The notes under the pieces were generated by a model. The model saw only the letters and a program-made list of their open reading frames with translations, did no database searches and was not told the DNA's origin. Made by a program: the position numbers and the translations under genes. A stretch of 63,582 nt of DNA, counting the filler, from Thermoplasmatota archaeon (lineage in GTDB: Archaea; Thermoplasmatota; E2; JACPAO01; JAHFTW01), in NCBI GenBank assembly GCA_041623215.1. It is 3 parts of 3 records of this genome, joined end to end, with 100 filler letters (N's around TTAATTAATTAA, not from the genome) between each part and the next. Parts side by side here need not be neighbours in the genome. Positions count along the whole stretch, not along the records: positions 1 to 24,413 come from JBFJXH010000012.1; positions 24,514 to 47,380 come from JBFJXH010000013.1; 1 more part is not named here. One strand, written 5' to 3'. Positions 17,943 to 26,547 of this stretch are shown piece after piece. The number at the start of each line of letters is the position of its first letter. Position 1 is the first letter of the stretch.

Positions 17943-18803
17943 ATGCAGCCACAGCCTTACGGGGTGTTGCGGGACCGCAGCGGCGCCACACGGGTGCTGG
18001 TGTTGGCACATTTTCGGAGCCACCCGGAAGCGCGCTTGGCAGATGCGGCGCGCGCCATTGGCGTAACCATTCAGGCGGTGAGTACCTACGTGCGCCAACT
18101 CATGGCCGATGGCCACTTGCACCGAAGCGACGGGGCCTACCAGGTCACCCCGCGCGGCGAAGAGCAACTGCGCGAACGCGTTCGCGCCCTGACTGCCGCG
18201 GTTGACGAATTGGCAGGCGAGGTGGCAGATGTCCCGGTAACAAGTGCCGTGGCCCATGCCCCCATCCGCCCCGGACAGCAGGTGCGCCTGTGGATGGACG
18301 GCGGGGATTTGGCGGCTGCACCGGGGGCCGGCAGCAGCACCGGCACGGCCACCCATGCGGCGGAGTTTGGCGACGAGGTCATTGTCACTGGGTTGGCGGG
18401 CGTTGCGCCTCTAGAGCCGGGCCGGATTCACATTATCAGCCTGCCAGGGCCCGCCGAAGGTGGCATCGCCGCCTTGGGGGCCTGGTTGGACGGAGCGCAG
18501 GCCGACCCGGCTGAGCGAAGCCGCACGGCACCCTCGGCGCCGCTCCCACCGACACCCAGGTCCGGCGAACTGGTAGCGGCACTCGGTACCGGCGCACGCA
18601 TTCTTGCCGGCCGGCGGCATGGTCGCGTGGACCTAGACTTCGCCGCGACCGAAGCAGCGTTCAACGCGGCCGAGCGCGGCATGAATGTCCGCTTCTATGT
18701 CACGCGCGACCATCTTGCGCGAACGCTGGACCAACTGGAGGCACGAAACGCGCACACCTTGCAGCGCATACGCATCAATGTTGGGGAGGACACGGACGCG
18801 TGA
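17943..18803 (+). CDS. archaeal winged-HTH transcriptional regulator with C-terminal domain
   Basis: ARAIGVTIQAVSTYVRQLMADG...YQVTPRG; stop overlaps the ATPase start. Confidence 0.8.
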   Translation: MQPQPYGVLRDRSGATRVLVLAHFRSHPEARLADAARAIGVTIQAVSTYVRQLMADGHLHRSDGAYQVTPRGEEQLRERVRALTAAVDELAGEVADVPVTSAVAHAPIRPGQQVRLWMDGGDLAAAPGAGSSTGTATHAAEFGDEVIVTGLAGVAPLEPGRIHIISLPGPAEGGIAALGAWLDGAQADPAERSRTAPSAPLPPTPRSGELVAALGTGARILAGRRHGRVDLDFAATEAAFNAAERGMNVRFYVTRDHLARTLDQLEARNAHTLQRIRINVGEDTDA

Positions 18804-20143
18804 TTCAGGTCCGGGGCTTTGCCGCGCCGGGCATGCAGGGCGGTGCACTGGATGTCTCCGTTGATGCCGGGCAGTTGGTGGTCATCGAGGGCCCCAACGG
18901 CTCGGGCAAGACCAGCCTGCTAAGATGCATGGCTGGCCTTCCTGCCGTCTTACCCTGCGTCCAATCGGTTGTCGGCAGCTTGGATGTAGCGCGGGCGCCG
19001 GCTCACCTTCTCGCCGGGGCCGTCGCCTTCGTCGCTCAGCAGCCGCGTGACACTTTGGTTGGCTTGACCGGTGGCGGCGAGCGTCGATTTCGCAGCCTCC
19101 TGCCGTGCGCCGAGTTACGGCCCTGGGAGGACCGCGACCTAAGCCGAATCAGCGACGGCGAGGCGAGGAGACTTGCCCTAACGCTGGCCTTTACCGGACC
19201 GGCGCCAGCCATCTTGCTCGACGAGCCTCTGGAGGCCTTAGATGAACAGGCCATTGCTTGGCTTGATTCGGCGGTTGCTAGAGCGCTTGCGGAGGGCCGA
19301 TGCGTTGTGGCTAGCGACCATACCGGGCGCCTGGCAAAGCTGGCCCATGCGCGCATCGACTTGCACCCGTCATCGAGCAACGACCAAATCGGCAAACTTG
19401 GGCTGTTGGAAGGACCCGGCGCTGACTCAGGCCGGGCGCAACCCTACGCCGCGCGTGACGCTGAGTCGGCCGGCGAAGCGTGGCCCATCGAAGCCGTCCC
19501 TCTCCACGTCCACCGTGCCGCCGTCGCGCGGAGCGGTTGGCGCTTGCATCGCGGCATTACCGTGCTAGCTGGCCCGAACGCGAGCGGCAAGACCACGCGC
19601 CTGCTGCATCTTGCTGGTGCCTTCGGCCCAAAACCTGTGCCGCCCGGCGCAAAAGTTCGCATGCTCACAACCGAAGTCCGCGACCACTTGCTGGCACAAA
19701 CGGTCCGTGAACAACTGCTTGGCGTAGATGATGACGCCGTACGGGCTTGGGTGCATCAGGACTGGCTCGAGCGCCACCCGCTCACGCTGAGCGGCGGCGA
19801 AGCCAAGCGCGTGGCCCTGGCTAGCGTGCTCGGGCGACCCAGTGACGTGGTGGTGCTCGATGAGCCAGAGGCGTTCCTGGACGCGGCAGGGCGGCGCGTG
19901 CTTCTGGAGCAACTGAAGGCACTTGCAAACAGGGGGCAACGCATTGTCATGGCGACACACGACCGGGAGCTACAGGCGATGGCTGACCGGCTCGTCCAGC
20001 TGCCTGGCCAAAGCCGGGCGCGCAACGGTGACCAGCACGTCGTGGCCCGGTTGACCGGCGCAGTGGATGCCTCACATCAGTCTGCCCAGGCCGAGTCGGC
20101 TGATTGGGCCGTCCAGGGGCAGGAGGACAGGCTTGCAGCGTAG
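18800..20143 (+). CDS. tandem ABC ATPase (fused EcfA-A' type)
   Basis: Two Walker A (GPNGSGKT, GPNASGKT), two Walker B (LLDEP, VLDEP), signatures ISDGE and LSGGE. Confidence 0.85.
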   Translation: MIQVRGFAAPGMQGGALDVSVDAGQLVVIEGPNGSGKTSLLRCMAGLPAVLPCVQSVVGSLDVARAPAHLLAGAVAFVAQQPRDTLVGLTGGGERRFRSLLPCAELRPWEDRDLSRISDGEARRLALTLAFTGPAPAILLDEPLEALDEQAIAWLDSAVARALAEGRCVVASDHTGRLAKLAHARIDLHPSSSNDQIGKLGLLEGPGADSGRAQPYAARDAESAGEAWPIEAVPLHVHRAAVARSGWRLHRGITVLAGPNASGKTTRLLHLAGAFGPKPVPPGAKVRMLTTEVRDHLLAQTVREQLLGVDDDAVRAWVHQDWLERHPLTLSGGEAKRVALASVLGRPSDVVVLDEPEAFLDAAGRRVLLEQLKALANRGQRIVMATHDRELQAMADRLVQLPGQSRARNGDQHVVARLTGAVDASHQSAQAESADWAVQGQEDRLAA

Positions 20144-21266
20144 CCCGGCCATCCTGATTCTGTTGGCTGCCGTAGCTGGTACGACTTTCGCCTTGCGGGC
20201 TCCCTTAGAGTTGGTAGGGCCCCTACTCGTCGCCAGTTTGTTGGTCGTGTGGAAGAAGGCGCACGTGCTGATGGTGGCAACCGGCATGGCGCTCTACGGC
20301 ACCATCCTGGCGGCCGTTGAAGGAATCGAGGGATTGTGGATTGGACTTGCCCTCGCCGCCCGTATGGCCGCCGTCTTCATGGTTAACCTAGCTATTCTGA
20401 GCCGTGCGGGGGCCGTGCAAATTCTCGACGGGCTACGGCTGCCCGGGTGGGCCGTGGCGTGGCCTGCCGCGACGCTCTTGGCGGCCCGCGACCTAGCCGA
20501 CGATCTTCGGCGGATGCATCGAGCGGCCGTCGTCGATGGGTCCTGGCCTGAAACGCGACGAGGGCGGACCGTGGCTGCGGCCCGCCTGTTGCCATCTCTG
20601 ATGGTGAGCTCGGCCCGGCGATCCCAGACGCGTCGCGAGGCGCTGCGGCTGGCTGGCCACGATGTCGGCCCCCATTTCGTTCCCATCGTGGCGGTGGCAT
20701 CCTTGGCTGCCATGGGGCGACTAGCGTTGGTTGCAGTCCCGAACGTGGCGCTCACGTATGTGGTCGTTTTCTTGGGTGGCATTATTTGGGGGCCGCGAGC
20801 AGGAGCTGTCGGGGCGCTCCTAGCTATGGTGCTCACGGACCTGCTCCTGTCGGGCCTCGCTCCGGCCGCCTTTGTCAATGCTCCCGCAATGGCGTTGATT
20901 GGATTAGCCGGTGGCTTGCTTCCGCGTTCCATCGTGCACGCTTTGGCGGCACGCGACGCCGACCGTTCGCGTGGTGCCGTTCGCATGGCCGGTCAAGTAG
21001 CTGCGGTCTCCACGGCGGCTTCCCTGGGCATCGTGCTGACGCTTCTTTTCAGTGTGGCCACCGACACATTGACCTGGCTCGTTATTCCGGAGGCTCGCGC
21101 ATTGCCTGGTGCGTGGCAGACCTTAATCGTCGCGGGATTGGCGTTCAACGCGCTGCCGGCCCTGGTGAACGGCATCTTGTTTGCCATCACAGTTGGCCCT
21201 ACGGTCCGGGCTATGGATGCCTGGCGAACCGGCGCACCAGCGACGCAAGCACAAGCCACCCCATGA
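20133..21266 (+). CDS. fused ECF transporter T component and S component
   Basis: N-half has TMs plus two Arg-rich amphipathic helices; C-half has GRLAL..VPNV..VFLGGIIWGPRAG and about 6 TM; AGGAGG RBS before TTG 20133. Confidence 0.72.
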   Translation: MQRSPAILILLAAVAGTTFALRAPLELVGPLLVASLLVVWKKAHVLMVATGMALYGTILAAVEGIEGLWIGLALAARMAAVFMVNLAILSRAGAVQILDGLRLPGWAVAWPAATLLAARDLADDLRRMHRAAVVDGSWPETRRGRTVAAARLLPSLMVSSARRSQTRREALRLAGHDVGPHFVPIVAVASLAAMGRLALVAVPNVALTYVVVFLGGIIWGPRAGAVGALLAMVLTDLLLSGLAPAAFVNAPAMALIGLAGGLLPRSIVHALAARDADRSRGAVRMAGQVAAVSTAASLGIVLTLLFSVATDTLTWLVIPEARALPGAWQTLIVAGLAFNALPALVNGILFAITVGPTVRAMDAWRTGAPATQAQATP

Positions 21267-23433
21267 GGAGTGGGCCGCCGGCAACGAGGGTGGGGGCGTC
21301 TTTGCTGGCGTTGGACCCTTGATGCGTGGGCGTCCAATCTTGCTTGCCACTCGGGTCGTCGATGGTGATACGGTAGTGGAGGACCTCGGTTGGAAATCCC
21401 GGCTCCCATGCGAGCAGACGAACTGTATACGTGCCCGCGGCGCCCCATGCATGGCTCGACGATGGATGGGTCAGGGGCGCTGACGGGCGGCCACTCGATC
21501 CACCGTCACCCCACTGAAACTGGAAATTGGTGGCAGTCGGGTGTGGGTCCGCTTGGAACAGCAGCGGGTAGCCGACGGTGCCGCCTGCGGGAGGGTCCAG
21601 CCATTGCCATGGGCTAACGTGGTCGGTTCCGGCAAGGTTCTGCGCCGTCCCATTGCTTCCGCCCGCCGCCTGGTTGCTGGCCTCCGCATCGACGGCGGCC
21701 ACCTCCGGGCTGACGGGGGGTCCTCCCGCCACGCCGATTGTACCTGTGTCGGCAACGGTCACGTGGAATGGCAGCGTGGCCACGGCCCCGTCGGCATCAC
21801 GGATTATCACGTGGCCGGGGTGATGCCCGGTTGTCAAGTGGAATTCTGCCGATACGCCTCGCCCCGTCTGGTTGGCCAATTCCCATGACACAGACGGCTT
21901 CGGGCCGTCGGCGTCGTCGGCTGCCGTTTGCAGGGTGACGTGCCAGGTGCCGTTGCCGGATGGACGTGCCTCGTCTGGTTCAGCCCACGGCAGCATGCCC
22001 GTGGGGGGCACATTGTCGACGTTGACGCGCAGGGTGGCCTGCGTTGAGGCACCATGAGGGTCGGTGGCGGTAACCACGAGCTCGAAGGTGCCGAGGGTGT
22101 CAAAGATTGCTGAAAGGCGGCCGCCCTCGATGACGGCGTTAGTCGGGTGTCCCGACCAATCGTACGTCAGCATCTGGCCTTCCGGGTCTTGAATTGGGGC
22201 GCTCCACGTCATGCGGGTCACCCGGTCAACCACGATTTCATGGTGGGATGGTGACAGGTAGGGTGCTTGGTTGGTGACGAGAATGCTGTGCTCGCCGCGC
22301 CAGACGCCTCCGGTGCCCCGGGCAACGAGGGCCAGCGTGTGTTGACCTGGCTCCAAGGCAACGAGGTGGCCCGCGGACCCTTCGCGAAATGCACTGCCAA
22401 GGTCCCATTGCAAGTGGTCGAAACCGCCGTCCACTGCGGCTTCAAACGGTGTCGCAACGGGGACCTCGGGCGGGAGCAGAAGTTCGCCGTCGCGGTAGTG
22501 GGCCCAAGGGCGGTAATGGCCGGCAAGGAGTGGGACCGCCTCGGCCGTGCACCATGGGTCACTGCGGAATCCCGGCGATGTGGCAAACCCGCCGTCGTCC
22601 CGCTGTAGACCTTCAAGGAACGAGGCCGCGCCGGGCGGCCAAGCTTGGTCCAGCGCCGCCCGTGCTTGGAGGGCCCAAACGGTGCTTTGACAATTGGGGC
22701 GGTCGCCGCCGTAGCCGCTGCTGGCGTGACGGTAGGTTTCGATGTAGGCCAATCCGCGTGCGGCGCGGTCGTCGGTGAGACGATTTGCCCCATGCAAGGC
22801 AATCAATGCCGCCGCCGTATTGTCGGGAAGAAAATCGGGTAATCCGATTTGGTGCGACCACGAGCCGTCGGGCTGCTGATGGCCGAGGATGTAGGTCGCA
22901 GCTGACTGGATTGCAGGGGCATCGGCTGGCAGGCCGGCTGCCTGCAGAGCTAGGATTGCCCACCAGTCGTCGTTGAGCAAGGTCGGGTCCCCAAACTGTA
23001 CGCCGTCGAATCGGCCGTTAATGATGGCAACCAAGTCGGTGTCAGTGGTGGTTCGCGGGTCGTAGCCGGACGTACCAAGGCCATGGGCCATGCCCAGGAG
23101 TCGATAGTAGCCTCGCTCCGTGTTCTCATCGTGCTCATCGGGCGCCAGGCGCTCGAGAATTGGTTGCTCCTCTGGCCACACGGCAGGGTTGCGCCCGGTT
23201 GCATGGGCTGCCTCCAGTAAGTATCGGGGGACGAAGTGCGTATCGGCCAGGTAGGCCATGGCGGCGTCAAGGTCCGCTGACAGGGTCTCCTCTTCCGGTT
23301 GGTGCCAGGCGCTACCGGGGGGCGTAAGAGCCAGCAATGCCATGGCAAGTACGACCGCTGCCTGCCACCCTAGGTGGCGGAGTCGGTGGCCAAGGGGGCG
23401 CAGGTGCGCTACACGGAGCCAGCTTTGCGGCAT
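21211..23433 (-). CDS. surface protein: prenyltransferase-like alpha/alpha-barrel repeats, Ig/PKD-like domains, C-terminal anchor
   Basis: NDDWWAILAL, QQPDGSWS, DNTAAALIAL, LQRDDGGF; FQWGDG..SHAWGAAGTYTVRL; KDAP-hydrophobic-RR tail. Confidence 0.75.
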   Translation of the reverse strand: MPQSWLRVAHLRPLGHRLRHLGWQAAVVLAMALLALTPPGSAWHQPEEETLSADLDAAMAYLADTHFVPRYLLEAAHATGRNPAVWPEEQPILERLAPDEHDENTERGYYRLLGMAHGLGTSGYDPRTTTDTDLVAIINGRFDGVQFGDPTLLNDDWWAILALQAAGLPADAPAIQSAATYILGHQQPDGSWSHQIGLPDFLPDNTAAALIALHGANRLTDDRAARGLAYIETYRHASSGYGGDRPNCQSTVWALQARAALDQAWPPGAASFLEGLQRDDGGFATSPGFRSDPWCTAEAVPLLAGHYRPWAHYRDGELLLPPEVPVATPFEAAVDGGFDHLQWDLGSAFREGSAGHLVALEPGQHTLALVARGTGGVWRGEHSILVTNQAPYLSPSHHEIVVDRVTRMTWSAPIQDPEGQMLTYDWSGHPTNAVIEGGRLSAIFDTLGTFELVVTATDPHGASTQATLRVNVDNVPPTGMLPWAEPDEARPSGNGTWHVTLQTAADDADGPKPSVSWELANQTGRGVSAEFHLTTGHHPGHVIIRDADGAVATLPFHVTVADTGTIGVAGGPPVSPEVAAVDAEASNQAAGGSNGTAQNLAGTDHVSPWQWLDPPAGGTVGYPLLFQADPHPTATNFQFQWGDGGSSGRPSAPLTHPSSSHAWGAAGTYTVRLLAWEPGFPTEVLHYRITIDDPSGKQDWTPTHQGSNASKDAPTLVAGGPLLMGWLVLASLVRRFARHP

Positions 23434-23440
23434 GCGTTGC

Positions 23441-23869
23441 CTAAACGCTGCCTTCGACGAGGGTGACGGCGGAGATGGCGTGCACAAACCCGACGGTTGC
23501 GCCCTCAGTCGGCTGGTAATAGTCAATGCCAGCGGGCGAGTCGGCTCCGTCAATCTGGAATTTCCAGAAGGTACCCCAGCCAAAGGCCAGGGGGTCGGCG
23601 CCCTCGATGCTGGTCACGTAACGGCCGTAACCTTCACCCCGGGTGCCCTCAAAGGCCCACGCAGAAATGCACCCCGAGGCCACCGCTGCATCAAGGATGT
23701 CTCCGGCGTCGGCCGTGGTGCTCACGGTGACGGGGCAGGTGCGGTCTGCTCGGTCGGGGAGGTGATCAACGATGAGCGTCACAGAGACTTCGCCAGAGTT
23801 GGTATCGGCCAATGCAGGTCCGGCGAGCATCATGATAGCAAGCAGTGTGGGGTAGAGCTTCAGACTCAT
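23441..23869 (-). CDS. secreted DUF4430-like protein
   Basis: Signal peptide; YGRYVTSIEG, FWKFQIDG, GIDYYQPTEG. Confidence 0.75.
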   Translation of the reverse strand: MSLKLYPTLLAIMMLAGPALADTNSGEVSVTLIVDHLPDRADRTCPVTVSTTADAGDILDAAVASGCISAWAFEGTRGEGYGRYVTSIEGADPLAFGWGTFWKFQIDGADSPAGIDYYQPTEGATVGFVHAISAVTLVEGSV

Positions 23870-24291
23870 GCGTGCCACGACCGCCCTGCCAACTTAAGCT
23901 AACATGAAGGGAGTCAAGTTTCCTTTACCTGACCATCAGTCCGGCGCGACACGACCCATACGTGAATATTCCCAAGTATTGGCAAACAAAAACGCTTAAA
24001 CCACTCACGTCGCTGGCCAACTCAGCCCGCGGCGCAGGGGCCTATCTGCGCCAAAGCAACAACCCACCAACCACCTCGGGGCTGGTCGGGGCAGCTACCT
24101 TTGGGCTGCCCCGACCGCCCAACCCCGACGAGGCCTTTTGGACAACTGGGCTTGCTACCCGAAAATTCGAGGCCACCACAACCCTTTAGGGGGTGCACAG
24201 GAACCCAGGTGGCGGGACGTTGCAAGACATAGTCATCGCAGTGGCGCAGGTCACCGCAAAATTGGCTCTTTTTGCTCCCAGCAGGAACCTC

Positions 24292-24413
24292 ATGTCCACG
24301 CGCCGCACGCCTTTCGTGACTATCGCCGCCCTTCTCACCGCCTTCAGCCTCGTCATGGGGCCGGCCGGGTTAATGGTGGCCGCAGGGCCCTCCAGTGGGC
24401 CCACCAACATCTC
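24292..24413 (+). CDS. secreted protein, N-terminus only (cut by contig end)
   Basis: MSTRRTPFVTIAALLTAFSLVMGPAG signal-peptide-like sequence. Confidence 0.55.
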
Positions 24414-24513
24414 NNNNNNNNNNNNNNNNNNNNNNNNNNNNNNNNNNNNNNNNNNNNTTAATTAATTAANNNNNNNNNNNNNNNNNNNNNNNNNNNNNNN
24501 NNNNNNNNNNNNN
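24414..24513. other. artificial contig-joining spacer
   Basis: 44 N + TTAATTAATTAA (stops in all six frames) + 44 N. Confidence 0.97.
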
Positions 24514-25425
24514 CGCCTCGTAACGTTCACCAGCCGGCCCGTCGCCGGCTTCGCAGGCCGCGTCAATGACCTCGTCGTGGCGGCGTCGGAGATCTCCGTG
24601 CAGGATTTCGCCAACGTGTATCCTGTGACCGATGCTCAGCGTGAAGCGCTTTGGGCCATCGGTAACCGCTGGCCTCGCGACTGGGTCACCCACCTAGCCA
24701 CCACCGAGGTTGACGTCCTTGACGCGGAGCTTGGGCGGGGCAAGTTCCACGAAGGCACCTTGAACGTCCTCAAACGCCGGGCCGAACAAGTGCTGCAACA
24801 GCCCGTCATCCACCGCGATGCTTCCCTGTCCACAACAGCCCTCATCCTCGACCACCTACGTGACGCCAAAGTGGTCCTCGTCGACACCAGTGGCTTGTTC
24901 CCACGCGAGGAACTGCTGGTATCCGCCGTGCTGGCCCGGCGGCTGCTGGAAAGCCATCGCTCGGCCTACCGCGACCCGGACGCCTTTCGAGCGTTGCCCC
25001 CCACCTGTGTCATCTTGGAGGAAGCCCAACGGGTCCTCAACGCGCGAGGCGGATCCGAGAACGTGTTTGCTTCCATCGCCCGCGAGGGCCGCAAGTTCAA
25101 GGTGGGGCTGGGGGCGGTGACGCAGCAGCCACGTCTCATCAGCGATGAATTATTGAGCCAATTCAACACGCTCCTGATTCTCGGCTTGGCGGACCCCACC
25201 GACCGGGACCGCGTTCGACAGGGTGCCCGCCAGGACCTGTCGGCTGTGAGCAAAGAAATCCAGATGCTGGAGCCGGGTGAGGCCATGTTGACCACGCCCG
25301 GGGCGCCCTTCGCCATTCCCCTCAAGGCACACCTCTACGAGCACCACCTGTCGGAAGCCGGCGGCCGCCCTCAAAACCCTGCGACCGAGGTCATTCGAGT
25401 GGACGTTGATGAGGGGTTTTACTGA
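24514..25425 (+). CDS. herA: HerA-family ATPase, C-terminal part (5'-truncated)
   Basis: VILEEAQR Walker B, IAREGRKFKVGL, TQQP, SQFNT; adjacent to mre11. Confidence 0.88.
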   Translation, partial: RLVTFTSRPVAGFAGRVNDLVVAASEISVQDFANVYPVTDAQREALWAIGNRWPRDWVTHLATTEVDVLDAELGRGKFHEGTLNVLKRRAEQVLQQPVIHRDASLSTTALILDHLRDAKVVLVDTSGLFPREELLVSAVLARRLLESHRSAYRDPDAFRALPPTCVILEEAQRVLNARGGSENVFASIAREGRKFKVGLGAVTQQPRLISDELLSQFNTLLILGLADPTDRDRVRQGARQDLSAVSKEIQMLEPGEAMLTTPGAPFAIPLKAHLYEHHLSEAGGRPQNPATEVIRVDVDEGFY

Positions 25426-26547
25426 ATGCCACGCATTCTGCATTGTAGCGATACGCATCTCGGGCACCAGCAATACGGCCGTACCAACGGCAGTGGCTTG
25501 AACCAGCGAGAGGCAGACATCTACGATGCCTTCAACGCCATCGTCGAAGCTGCTCTGAGAGACCCACCCGACGCTGTCATTCACGCCGGGGACTTGTTCG
25601 ATGGCGTTCGTCCGAGCAACCGCGCTTTGCATGTTGCCTTGGATGGATTTCGCCGCCTGGGGTCGGCCGGCATTCCGGTCGTCATCATCGCCGGCAATCA
25701 CGAACACCCCCGCCTGCGTGAAACCGGGTCTGCATTCCGGCTCTTTGACCACCTGGAAAACGTCTACCCGGTTTATCGAGGCCAGCGGGAGACCGTTGAG
25801 GTGGGCGACCTTGCCATCCATGCCGTGCCGCAATGCGCTAACAATGAATCGTTGGCGGCGCAAGTGGCTGCCATTGAGCGCACTCCCGATGTTGCCAACG
25901 TGCTGGTGGTCCATGGCGCAGTGCACGCATTGGCCGCATTCCGCCACGCAGAATTCAATGAGTTAACTCTCCAGCCGTCTTGGTTCGACGACCGTTTTGA
26001 TTACGTTGCCTTGGGGCATTTTCACGGCGTTCAGGAGGTGACGCCGAGCGCGTGGTATTGCGGCGCCCCGGAGCGGGTCTCCATGGCAGAGGCCAGGCAG
26101 CAAAAGGGCTACCTCGATGTCGTGCTGCAACGTGGGCAGTCGCCGGCCGTCACGCATCGTGTTGTGGCAGGTCGTCCGTATGCCGATGCACCTCCCATTG
26201 ACGCGACCGGCCTCGATGGGGACGGGGTCAGGGACGCCATCTTGGCGGCGGTTGGCCGTGCTCCCCCGGGTGCGGTTGCGCGGGTTCGTGTCGAAGACCT
26301 AGCCCCGGACCTGCGCGGCTTGCTGGACGTGCGTGCCATTCAGCAGGCGGGGCGCGACGGCCAGCTTCTTCACCTAGACTTGCGGCTCGATTGGCAGCAG
26401 CATCAGCACCGCGTCCAAGGTGGCGTGGCTCTTGCCGGCCTGGCCGAGGAGTTTGCTGCCTTTGCTGCCAAGCGACCGGTTGAGGATGTGGATCGTGACC
26501 GATTGCTTGCCCTCGCGCAAGAGTTGCTGGCGGAGGCAGGCGCATGA
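25426..26547 (+). CDS. mre11: DNA double-strand break repair nuclease Mre11
   Basis: SDTHLG, AGDLFD, AGNHE, VHG, ALGHFH phosphoesterase motifs. Confidence 0.92.
   Translation: MPRILHCSDTHLGHQQYGRTNGSGLNQREADIYDAFNAIVEAALRDPPDAVIHAGDLFDGVRPSNRALHVALDGFRRLGSAGIPVVIIAGNHEHPRLRETGSAFRLFDHLENVYPVYRGQRETVEVGDLAIHAVPQCANNESLAAQVAAIERTPDVANVLVVHGAVHALAAFRHAEFNELTLQPSWFDDRFDYVALGHFHGVQEVTPSAWYCGAPERVSMAEARQQKGYLDVVLQRGQSPAVTHRVVAGRPYADAPPIDATGLDGDGVRDAILAAVGRAPPGAVARVRVEDLAPDLRGLLDVRAIQQAGRDGQLLHLDLRLDWQQHQHRVQGGVALAGLAEEFAAFAAKRPVEDVDRDRLLALAQELLAEAGA

Noticed and set aside
22500..23050. Squalene-hopene cyclase or prenyltransferase enzyme
   Set aside because: No DxDD catalytic motif; the protein is secreted and anchored, so a binding role fits better
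23880..24290. Cobalamin riboswitch next to the putative B12 cluster
   Set aside because: No B12-box or other core riboswitch motifs recognisable on either strand; kept only as an unassigned structured leader
24414..24513. TTAATTAATTAA palindrome inside N runs, repeated at 47381-47480
   Set aside because: Identical synthetic six-frame-stop spacers between contigs; not biological, and genes across them cannot be treated as linked
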